Under the pieces are notes generated by a model. It made no database searches. It had not been told where the DNA came from and saw nothing but the letters and a program-made list of their open reading frames with translations. Shown here in pieces: positions 40,523 to 48,562 of a stretch of 64,000 nt of DNA; the first letter of the stretch is position 1, and each line of letters starts with the position of its first letter. The stretch is from Candidatus Moraniibacteriota bacterium (GTDB taxonomy: Bacteria; Patescibacteriota; Minisyncoccia; Moranbacterales; UBA2206), in the NCBI GenBank assembly GCA_030645735.1, contig JAUSNP010000005.1, positions 8,151 through 72,150 on the forward strand. The letters are read 5' to 3'. The position numbers and the translations under genes are program-made.

Positions 40523-40672
40523 CCAAGAAACAAAAACACAAACACAAACACCTGCCTGCCGGCAGGCAGGAATAACAAATTCAAATATCCAAAATACAAA
40601 CTTTTGATTTTTGAATTTTGAGCATTGGATATTGTTTGGCTATTGTATCTTGCGATTTGGTATTTTAAATCC
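40505..40672. repeat. Bipartite 7-mer array with inserted 20-bp palindrome CCTGCCTGCCGGCAGGCAGG (40551..40570)
   Basis: A/C-rich left arm (AATAACC, AATACAA), T/G-rich right arm (TTGAATT, TTGTATC, GATTTGG). Confidence 0.85.
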
Positions 40673-41545
40673 ATGATCGTCAGCGTCAAAGAAATTTTAG
40701 AAAAAGCCAAGGCTGGTGGCTATGCCGTGGGAGCTTTCAATACCACCAATTTGGAAACTACTCGCGCTATCGTAGAAGCTGCCAAGGAAACTAAGTCACC
40801 AGTCATCATTCAGGTGACGGAAAAGACTATGGAATATGCTGGTGGACGCATGATTTTCAACATTATCAAAAATGATGTGGAATTTTATGCGCCAGAAATT
40901 CCAGTGGGGATTCATCTGGATCATGGTTCAAGTTTTGAAATTGTGGAGCGAGCAGTGGAAATTGGTTGGTCATCGGTGATGTATGATGGTTCACGCAAAG
41001 AATATGCGGATAATGTTTCAATGACGAAAAAAGTGGTGGATTTTTGCCACAAAAAAGGCGGTGATAATATAACTGTGCAAGGCGAATTGGGTAGTGTGCC
41101 ATATCTAAGCGAGCACAAAATGGGGGCGGTGGACTGGGATGCATATATGACTGATCCAGAACAAGCTAGGGATTTTGTAGAAAAAACTGGCATTGATACA
41201 TTGGCGGTAGCGATTGGTAATGCCCATGGATTTTTCACCGAGCGGGAAGTTCCAGATTGGGCGAGATTGGAAAAAATTCGCAGCATGATCGAGATTCCAA
41301 TTATTTTGCATGGCGCTTCTGATTGGGAAGATGGCAAGGCGACCAAAGCTATTGAATTGGGCGTGAATTGTTTCAATGTGGACACCAACACTCGTTTGGC
41401 TTTCGTGAACACGCTGAGTACGATTTTCAAGGGTGATAAGGATCCTGGTCTTGATTTGCGCAGTATTCTTGGCGAAGCGCGTGACGCGGTCAAAGAAAGT
41501 GTGAAAAGAAAAATGGAGCTTTTTGGTTGCGTGGGCAAAGCGTAG
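40673..41545 (+). CDS. fba: Class II fructose-bisphosphate aldolase
   Basis: AVGAFN, HLDHG, SVMYDGS, AIGNAHG, LHGAS. Confidence 0.95.
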   Translation: MIVSVKEILEKAKAGGYAVGAFNTTNLETTRAIVEAAKETKSPVIIQVTEKTMEYAGGRMIFNIIKNDVEFYAPEIPVGIHLDHGSSFEIVERAVEIGWSSVMYDGSRKEYADNVSMTKKVVDFCHKKGGDNITVQGELGSVPYLSEHKMGAVDWDAYMTDPEQARDFVEKTGIDTLAVAIGNAHGFFTEREVPDWARLEKIRSMIEIPIILHGASDWEDGKATKAIELGVNCFNVDTNTRLAFVNTLSTIFKGDKDPGLDLRSILGEARDAVKESVKRKMELFGCVGKA

Positions 41546-41651
41546 AACGTAAATTGTGAAACGCATAACGCGCAACAAAATTATTTGCAAGATATAATTT
41601 TTTTAAAAATATTTCGCGTTTCAGGTTTTGCGATACGCGTTATACGATAAA
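41546..41651. repeat. Bipartite 7-mer array (AACG/CGTT family)
   Basis: aacgtaaattgtgaaacgcataacgcgcaac...tcgcgtttcaggttttgcgatacgcgttatacg. Confidence 0.75.
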
Positions 41652-42092
41652 ATGACTGTTGAAAAAATTCTTTTGGAATTTGATGTGGAATTGAAAAATC
41701 TTTTGCCAGCGTTGAAAAAAATCAATGCTAGTTTTGGCTATGTTTCAGAAATGGATGCACAAAAAGTAGCTGACTACTTTTCTATGTCACTCAGCAAGGT
41801 TTATGAAACTGCCAGTTTCTATGATTTGATCAAAACCAAGCCACAGCCACCTTTAGTGATTCAAGTTTGTTCCGGAGCTAATTGCGCGGTGAAAAATGCC
41901 TACAAAGTCATTGTAGAAATTGAAAACCAATTGCACATCAAAGCTGGGGATGATTTCAATCCGAATGTGAAACTGGAAATCATCAGTTGTCTCGGACAAT
42001 GCGGTCGCGGACCAATTATGATCATCAACAAAAAAATCTTCACCCAAGTTACACCCAGCAGCGCGCGGGAAATTTTGCAGAATTATATGTAA
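41652..42092 (+). CDS. NuoE/HoxE/HydC-like [2Fe-2S] subunit
   Basis: VYETASFY, CSGANC...CLGQC. Confidence 0.92.
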   Translation: MTVEKILLEFDVELKNLLPALKKINASFGYVSEMDAQKVADYFSMSLSKVYETASFYDLIKTKPQPPLVIQVCSGANCAVKNAYKVIVEIENQLHIKAGDDFNPNVKLEIISCLGQCGRGPIMIINKKIFTQVTPSSAREILQNYM

Positions 42093-42113
42093 AATATTTT
42101 GCTGTTCTTATGT

Positions 42114-42143
42114 AAAAAATCGAGGTCTTACCTCGATTTTTTT
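42114..42143. terminator. Bidirectional intrinsic terminator
   Basis: AAAAAATCGAGG-TCTTA-CCTCGATTTTTTT. Confidence 0.85.
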
Positions 42144-42162
42144 GTTGTGCCATAAAAACTTA

Positions 42163-42340
42163 AAAGCCCTCAATGCAGGAGACAGAGTCTGCTCACAATA
42201 TTTATTTCTGCTACGAAAGAAATATTATGAGCAGACCCTAGGCGTCTGAGTCCCTTGAAAAATTTAACGGAAAAAATAATTTTTTCCCTGAAAAACCAGG
42301 TGGGTCTCAATTTTTCGCCTCTCCATTCTGAAGGCTTTCG
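42163..42340 (-). ncRNA. Candidate ~180-nt structured RNA of unknown family
   Basis: Minus-strand TTGCCA-17-TATAAT promoter; 11-bp closing stem and 20-bp stem with G-U pairs only on the minus strand; no ORF; terminator downstream. Confidence 0.6.
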
Positions 42341-42345
42341 GCTAT

Positions 42346-42374
42346 ATTATAGTCCTGTTTTCAAATTCTGGCAA
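42346..42374 (-). promoter_or_regulatory. Sigma70 promoter of candidate ncRNA
   Basis: TTGCCA (42374-42369), 17 bp, TATAAT (42351-42346). Confidence 0.7.
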
Positions 42375-42512
42375 GGGTAGATTTTTGTTTGAACAATTTT
42401 TGGCTTAAAATAGGCAATAATCTTGGTAAATATTGACTTTATTTCAATTTTGCTGTATAATGACAAATTACGGTAAGTAATTCAGAAACTCAAAACCTCA
42501 AGGAGGATTGTC

Positions 42513-42908
42513 ATGAAGAAATTACTTGTTCTTTTTGCAGTATTTTTGGTGTTGGTGCCGTCTATGTCATTTGCTAGACTTAACGCGAATCAAGGCGGAT
42601 GGCGTGGTGATGGACGGAGACATGAACATCGCGGCGGTGAAAATCGTCGCCAGAATAATAAAAAACATAGCTATGAGCATCATCGTAGCAGTCGCGGTGG
42701 AGGCATAGTCGGCGGGTTCATTCGCGATGTATTAACTGCAACAACAGTAATCGTTGTAGGCGGCGTAGTAATTGGGGTGGCCAGCGCAATAGAACGGTCA
42801 GCACAGAATGGTCAGTGCTACAGAGATGTGACACCTGGATACACTGATGGGTATGGGCGGTTCATATCAACTGGCCCGACTCAAAGAACTCAAGTTTCTT
42901 GTCGGTAG
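42513..42908 (+). CDS. Secreted/membrane hypothetical protein, G/R/H-rich
   Basis: Signal peptide (SFA), AGGAGG RBS, own TTGACT-17-TATAAT promoter. Confidence 0.8.
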   Translation: MKKLLVLFAVFLVLVPSMSFARLNANQGGWRGDGRRHEHRGGENRRQNNKKHSYEHHRSSRGGGIVGGFIRDVLTATTVIVVGGVVIGVASAIERSAQNGQCYRDVTPGYTDGYGRFISTGPTQRTQVSCR

Positions 42909-43022
42909 TATCAAATGGGGGGTAGCTTAGAAAAATGGCGGACTTGTGAAACGCAAGGATGCCATTTTTATTTTGAAAAAAATATGCAAAAAGTGATTGT
43001 CGGGATATAATAGAAGTACTTG

Positions 43023-43142
43023 TCCCGCACTAACTTTTCAAGTCGCTTGTGTCACTTTTGAAGTATACGCGGGAGAGTTAATTATTTACGACTTTTAAAT
43101 ATAATTTCACAAGAATTATTATGTTGAAAAGTTAGTGCGGGA
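43023..43142. mobile_element. 120-bp MITE-like element with 19-bp perfect terminal inverted repeats
   Basis: TCCCGCACTAACTTTTCAA (43023-43041) / TTGAAAAGTTAGTGCGGGA (43124-43142). Confidence 0.7.
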
Positions 43143-44386
43143 TGAAGAAGGAAACAAAAATAATAACCAAAAATTGGGGTCAGATAGATCCAAATGAGAT
43201 TGATGACTCGATTGAAGTGGGTGGCTATCAAGCGTTGGAAAAATTCATTCACAAAATGACGCCAGTTTTGGCTTTGGAGGAAATCAAGCTTTCTGGCTTG
43301 TGTGGGCGCGGTGGTGCTGGTTTTCCAACGGGAATGAAATTGGAGTCTGTGCAGAAAGAGAAAAGCAAAGAAAAATATTTTATTTGCAATCTGGATGAAT
43401 CAGAGCCAGGGACATACAAAGATCGTTCGATTGTAGACAATGATCCACATATGCTTTTAGAAGGCGTCATTATCGAATCTTTGATTGTGGGTGCACGAAA
43501 AGCGTTCGTCTATGTCAATGGTAACTATCAAAGACAAATTGAAATTTTGCAACGGGCGGTGGAGCAAGCACAAGAAAAAAGGATTCTTGGTGAGAAAATT
43601 TTAGGTTCCAGATATTCATTGGAGGTTGAAATTTTTGCAGGTGCAGGCGCGTATATTTGCGGTGAAGAAACTGCCCTTATTAATTCGATTGAAGGCAATC
43701 GCGGTGAGCCGAAATCACGTCCACCTTTTCCAACGCAAGTCGGACTTTTTGGCAAACCAACGGCCGTGAATAACGCTGAGACCGTGGCCAACATTCCCTG
43801 GATAATTTCCAATGGTGGAAAAAAATATGCAGCCATTGGTTCAAAAAAATCAGCTGGTACCAAACTTTTCATCGTGAATGGATCCGTCAAAAATCCAGAT
43901 GTTTTTGAGGCGCCATTGGGCACAAAACTTTCTGATTTGATTGAAAAGTATGCTGGTGGGATGCAGAAAGGTAAAAATTTTTGGTTTGCGCAGGTGGGCG
44001 GCTCATCTGGGCGTTTGGTTCTGGAAAAAGATTTGGTTAGGAAATTGGAATATGATCGTGAAGCCAAAGTTCCTTTGGGATCTGGCGCAATTTTGGTGGT
44101 GGACAAAACAGTGGATATTCATGAATTGTTGTTGTCGTGGATGAGTTTTTTCCATCGCGAATCCTGTGGCAAATGCGTGCCATGTCGCGAAGGCACATTT
44201 CGCCTCTGGGAAATCGCCAAGCGTCTGCAAGATGGACAAGTTTCTGAGCGGGATGTGGCGGCTATCAAAGACATTCTGTGGACGCTCAGCAACACCACAT
44301 TTTGTCCATTGGGCAAATTTGCAGCCACGGCTTTTGGTGATGCGATAAGCAATTTTCAAAAAGAGATTTATAAGCTATCTAGGTGA
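43142..44386 (+). CDS. NuoF/HoxF/HydB-like FMN/NAD-binding subunit
   Basis: GRGGAGFPTG, DESEPG, GAYICGEETAL, CGKCVPCREG...CPLG. Confidence 0.95.
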   Translation: MKKETKIITKNWGQIDPNEIDDSIEVGGYQALEKFIHKMTPVLALEEIKLSGLCGRGGAGFPTGMKLESVQKEKSKEKYFICNLDESEPGTYKDRSIVDNDPHMLLEGVIIESLIVGARKAFVYVNGNYQRQIEILQRAVEQAQEKRILGEKILGSRYSLEVEIFAGAGAYICGEETALINSIEGNRGEPKSRPPFPTQVGLFGKPTAVNNAETVANIPWIISNGGKKYAAIGSKKSAGTKLFIVNGSVKNPDVFEAPLGTKLSDLIEKYAGGMQKGKNFWFAQVGGSSGRLVLEKDLVRKLEYDREAKVPLGSGAILVVDKTVDIHELLLSWMSFFHRESCGKCVPCREGTFRLWEIAKRLQDGQVSERDVAAIKDILWTLSNTTFCPLGKFAATAFGDAISNFQKEIYKLSR

Positions 44387-44394
44387 TATAAGTT

Positions 44395-45801
44395 ATGAGG
44401 ATAAAAATCAATACAAAAGAATATGAAGCCAAAGACGGAGAAATGATTCTGGATGTTTGTCGTAGAAATGGAATTCAAGTTCCAACTTTGTGTTCAATTC
44501 CAAAATTTCATGAGGGTGTGTGTCGGATTTGCATGGTGGAAAATGGTGGGCGATTGACGACTTCTTGCAATGTGAAAGCTTCTGAAGGTATGGAGGTTGT
44601 GACAGAAAGTGAAGATGTGTCCAAGGCGCGCCGAATCAATTTGGAATTGTTGTGGGCGGACCACGCCGGCAAATGTTCAACTTGCAAGAAAAATCAGCGT
44701 TGTGAATTGCAAAATCTGGCCATTAGTCAAAAGATTGAAAATTTTCATTTTGTGCCACGCAAAGAAGAAATGACAGATAGTGAGAATCTCGATCTTTTGA
44801 AAGACAATCGTTCTCGGGTGGTGGTGGACGATGGCAACGCGTGTCTAACACGCACTACAGAATTGTGTGTGGAATGTCGTCGTTGCATCAATGTGTGTCC
44901 AACCAAAGAATTGTCATTCAACCATCGCGCGGGAGACACGGTGGTTGGCACAGCCTATGAAAAGTCGCTGGATTGCATCTTCTGTGGTCAGTGTGTGAAG
45001 AATTGTCCGACAGGAGCAATTACGGACAAAAATGATTTGACCAAGATTATGATAGATCTTGCTGACTTGAAAAAAATGGCCATAGCGTTGATTGATCCGG
45101 CAGTTTTGGAAAGCGTGGCCTTTGAACATCCTGAAATTGATTCACGTGGAAAATTGATTAGCGCCCTGAAAGGAATTGGTTTTGAAAAAGTTTTTGACTT
45201 GGGCTTTGGTATGGAATTGGCTTTGGAAAATATGACGCAGGAGATTAAAAAAAGTAGTAAAAACAATCTACTGCTCAACCATTGTCCATCATTCAATTTG
45301 TTTGTAAAAAAATATTATCCGCAGTTTGCCAAGAACATTCTGACTGTGGCACATCCTGATGAGTTGACGGCCGATTTTCTGAAAACTGAATTTGCCAAGA
45401 AGGAAAAAATAAACTCAGAGGATTTAGTAGTGATCTCATTGTCATCTTGTGTGGCAAAGAAAAAAGAGAAGGGGAAGAATTTGGATTATGTCATCACGGT
45501 TAGAGAATTGGGACGCATAATTCGTCAGAAAAATTTGAAATTGAAAGATATCAAAGAAAGTGATTTCAGTTCTGGACTGGCCGTGAAAGATGAAAAAATA
45601 AAGAGCATCACAAGAACTGGTGGGATGGCGGAGATGTTGGCCAAGAAATTGAAAGTCAAATATATAGTGGCTGATGGCGTGTCACAAATAAAAAACATTC
45701 TGCGGGATTTGGAAAAAGGACGAGTGGAAACTAAAATCATTGAAGCGATGGTGTGTGAAGGAGGATGTGTGAATGGTGGCGGACAGGCTAGGAAATTATA
45801 A
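44395..45801 (+). CDS. [FeFe]-hydrogenase HydA-like FeS protein with degenerate H-domain
   Basis: 2Fe-2S, His-ligated 4Fe-4S, 2x[4Fe-4S]; P1 LNHCP, P2 SSCVAKKKE, P3 EAMVCEGGCVNGGG. Confidence 0.85.
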   Translation: MRIKINTKEYEAKDGEMILDVCRRNGIQVPTLCSIPKFHEGVCRICMVENGGRLTTSCNVKASEGMEVVTESEDVSKARRINLELLWADHAGKCSTCKKNQRCELQNLAISQKIENFHFVPRKEEMTDSENLDLLKDNRSRVVVDDGNACLTRTTELCVECRRCINVCPTKELSFNHRAGDTVVGTAYEKSLDCIFCGQCVKNCPTGAITDKNDLTKIMIDLADLKKMAIALIDPAVLESVAFEHPEIDSRGKLISALKGIGFEKVFDLGFGMELALENMTQEIKKSSKNNLLLNHCPSFNLFVKKYYPQFAKNILTVAHPDELTADFLKTEFAKKEKINSEDLVVISLSSCVAKKKEKGKNLDYVITVRELGRIIRQKNLKLKDIKESDFSSGLAVKDEKIKSITRTGGMAEMLAKKLKVKYIVADGVSQIKNILRDLEKGRVETKIIEAMVCEGGCVNGGGQARKL

Positions 45802-45810
45802 GAGTACTCC

Positions 45811-45911
45811 TGTCATTCCGGCTTTGAGCCGGAATCTTCTCACTGTAATTGCGAATCTAAATTTATTTCCATGAAACATGGAGGAGATCCCGGGTCAAGC
45901 CCGGGATGACA
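45811..45911. repeat. TGTCATTCC...GGATGACA double-hairpin element, copy A
   Basis: TGTCATTCCGGCTTTGAGCCGGAATC...GATCCCGGGTCAAGCCCGGGATGACA. Confidence 0.85.
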
Positions 45912-45935
45912 TACTAAATATTAAATTTTAAAATT

Positions 45936-46139
45936 ATGTGTCTTGCAATCCCTGGAAAAATTCTAAAAATCAAAGGTGAAACAGCCGAAATTGATTTCAA
46001 TGGCATCCGCAAAGAAGTGAATATTGCCATGGTTGATGTTGCAATCGGCGATTTTGTCATGGTGCACGCTGGTTTTGCGATTGAAAAGATGGACATGGAT
46101 TTGGCTTCAGAAATTCAAGGATATTTAGATAAAAAATGA
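45936..46139 (+). CDS. hypC: Hydrogenase maturation chaperone HypC
   Basis: MCLAIPG, VMVHAGFA. Confidence 0.97.
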   Translation: MCLAIPGKILKIKGETAEIDFNGIRKEVNIAMVDVAIGDFVMVHAGFAIEKMDMDLASEIQGYLDKK

Positions 46140-47176
46140 AATTAGACAAACAAAAACTTTTGCAAAGTATTAAAGATAATGCCAATCAAATTGGTCGGCC
46201 TTTGCGATTGATGGAATTGTGCGGGACGCATTCGCAGTCGATTGCGCAACATGGCATCAAGAGTTTGATGCCCAAAAATGTAAAGTTGGTTTCCGGCCCA
46301 GGCTGTCCGGTGTGTGTGACTGATCAGACGGACATTGATGTGATGGTGGGCTTGGCTTTGGCTGGCATTCCCGTGGCGGTCTATGGTGACACGATGCAGG
46401 TGCCGGGGAATTTGATGAGCTTGGAGGAGGCGAAAAGGCAGGGTGCAGACGTGAGCATTGTCTATGATATCACTGAGGCGGTGGCGATGAGCCAAGAGAA
46501 AAGAGGCTTGGTATTTTTTGGTTTGGGATTTGAGACGACCACTGGCATGACCGCTTGGGCAATTCAGCAAGGTCTAATTGTTTATTGCGCACACAAAATT
46601 TTTCCACCGGCGATGAGCGCGCTTTTGGCTAACAAAAAAATCAAAGTCGGTGGCTTTTTGAATCCCGGTCACGTCAGCTCCATCATTGGTACGAAAGTTT
46701 ATGAACAATTCAAAATTCCACAAGTGGTGGCTGGCTTTGATGGAGAAGGAATACTCTTGGCAATTGAAATGTTGTTGACACAGATTTTGGAAAACAAAAC
46801 AATTGTGCAAAACGCATATACCAGCTTGGTCAAAAAGGACGGCAATCCCAAAGCGCGCAAATTGATTTCTGAAGTTTTCGAAATCTCGGATGCGCGTTGG
46901 CGTGGGTTGGGAGAAATCAAAAAATCAGGCTTGAAAATTCGCAAGAAATATAAAAAGCAAGATGCGGAATTTGTGTATGCCAATCTGATCAAAAAAATCA
47001 GAAAAGAAATCAAACCCAAGTTGAGTGCTTGCAAATGTGGCTTGGTGTTGCAAGGACTCATTGAATCCAAGGAATGTCCATTGTTTGGCAAGGTCTGCAC
47101 GCTAGATAATCCACAAGGTGCTTGCATGGTTTCGGTAGAAGGGAGTTGTAATGTAGAATATAGATATGGAAAATAA
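46136..47176 (+). CDS. hypD: Hydrogenase maturation factor HypD
   Basis: CGTH, GPGCPVC, GFETT, PGHVS, GACMVS.EGSC. Confidence 0.96.
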   Translation: MKLDKQKLLQSIKDNANQIGRPLRLMELCGTHSQSIAQHGIKSLMPKNVKLVSGPGCPVCVTDQTDIDVMVGLALAGIPVAVYGDTMQVPGNLMSLEEAKRQGADVSIVYDITEAVAMSQEKRGLVFFGLGFETTTGMTAWAIQQGLIVYCAHKIFPPAMSALLANKKIKVGGFLNPGHVSSIIGTKVYEQFKIPQVVAGFDGEGILLAIEMLLTQILENKTIVQNAYTSLVKKDGNPKARKLISEVFEISDARWRGLGEIKKSGLKIRKKYKKQDAEFVYANLIKKIRKEIKPKLSACKCGLVLQGLIESKECPLFGKVCTLDNPQGACMVSVEGSCNVEYRYGK

Positions 47177-47564
47177 CAAGATTAAAACTATAGTAAGCTG
47201 GCTTCTTGTTTTGGTGTGGGCAATTATTATTTTTGGTCTTTCGGCTATGCCAGGCACTGGAGATCACCCATATAGCTTGTTCTATTTTGTGGAAAGAAAA
47301 ACTTTTCATGTGCTTGAATATTTTGTCTTAAGTATTTTGTTGTGGCGAGCTTGGGCGCAAAATTTTTCCCAGAAAAAATCATTTTGGTTTGCAGGAATAA
47401 CAACCTTGTTATATGCAGCATCAGATGAGTGGCACCAGACTTTTGTTTTCGGCCGAGAAGGTGTGTTGAGAGATGTAGTTATTGATTCAATTGGAATATT
47501 TCTAGCTGTAATTTTTATTTTGAAATTTAAACAATGGAAAGAGAAAAGAAAACAATTGAATTAG
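47166..47564 (+). CDS. VanZ-like membrane protein
   Basis: RK.FH..EY, SDEWHQTFV.GR...DV..D. Confidence 0.88.
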   Translation: MENNKIKTIVSWLLVLVWAIIIFGLSAMPGTGDHPYSLFYFVERKTFHVLEYFVLSILLWRAWAQNFSQKKSFWFAGITTLLYAASDEWHQTFVFGREGVLRDVVIDSIGIFLAVIFILKFKQWKEKRKQLN

Positions 47565-48562
47565 AATCGGGCGCGGGTGGAGAAAAATCTAATAGTTTGA
47601 TTTCACAAATCCGAAAAAATTTTGCGGTGAGTCGCAAGTGGAAAAATATGCAGGATGATGGTGCGGTTTTTGACCTAGGTATGAACAATGTAGAGACGCC
47701 CCGGCAGGGCGTCTCTACTGCGTCGAATAAATTAGTCTTTACCACCGACGCATTTATTGTGGATCCAATTTTTTTTCCAGGTGGCGACATTGGCAAGATT
47801 GCGATGTGTGGGACAATCAATGATTTGTCAGTGATGGGTGCCAAGCCGATTGGCATTGGTTTGAGTTTGGTGATTGAAGAGGGTTTTCCCGAAGAAGATT
47901 TGCAAAAAATTGTGGCATCAATTGGAAAAGTTTCAGCTGAGTCGGGTGTACCGATTGTGACAGGTGACACCAAAGTCACTGAGCGTGGCAAAATCGACAA
48001 AATTGAAATCACCACCTCTGGTGTTGGATTGGCGAAAAAAATAATTGGAAATAGCGGGGCAAAAGTGGGGGATGTGGTCATTGCTTCTGGCAATTTGGGT
48101 GAACATGCGGTGGCATTGTTGGCCAAGCGTTTCAACTATCAAACGAAAATAAAAAGTGATTGTCAGACACTGACTCGCGAAATTCAAAGCGTTGCTAAAT
48201 ATCTGACTGCTTGCAAGGATCCAACTCGCGGTGGCATGGCAGCGGTACTCAATGAAATTGCGGAAAAATCCAAAGTCAAAATCGTGCTGGCTGAAAACAC
48301 CTTGCCATTTTCCAAAGAAACCGTGGCACTCTCTGAGCTTCTAGGAATTGATAAATTCTCTTTTCCATCGGAAGGGCGCTTTGTGGCCACAGTTCAGCCA
48401 AAGCAAGCCAAAAAAGCCTTGCAGATTTTGCAAAAATTCAATGCTCAGGCCAAAATTATTGGCTCAGTTGAGCCAGGAAAAGGCGTATTCTTGAATACCA
48501 GCCTAGGTGGCACCAAAAAAATCGATGTGCCACGCGGAAAACTAATTCCGAGGATTTGCTAG
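47534..48562 (+). CDS. hypE: Carbamoyl dehydratase HypE
   Basis: FPGGDIG, VTGDTKV, DPTRGG, C-terminal PRIC. Confidence 0.96.
   Translation: MEREKKTIELESGAGGEKSNSLISQIRKNFAVSRKWKNMQDDGAVFDLGMNNVETPRQGVSTASNKLVFTTDAFIVDPIFFPGGDIGKIAMCGTINDLSVMGAKPIGIGLSLVIEEGFPEEDLQKIVASIGKVSAESGVPIVTGDTKVTERGKIDKIEITTSGVGLAKKIIGNSGAKVGDVVIASGNLGEHAVALLAKRFNYQTKIKSDCQTLTREIQSVAKYLTACKDPTRGGMAAVLNEIAEKSKVKIVLAENTLPFSKETVALSELLGIDKFSFPSEGRFVATVQPKQAKKALQILQKFNAQAKIIGSVEPGKGVFLNTSLGGTKKIDVPRGKLIPRIC
47690..47718. repeat. GTAG-type REP inserted in-frame in hypE
   Basis: GTAGAGACGCCC-CGGCA-GGGCGTCTCTAC encodes VETPRQGVST; same family as 37194. Confidence 0.9.
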
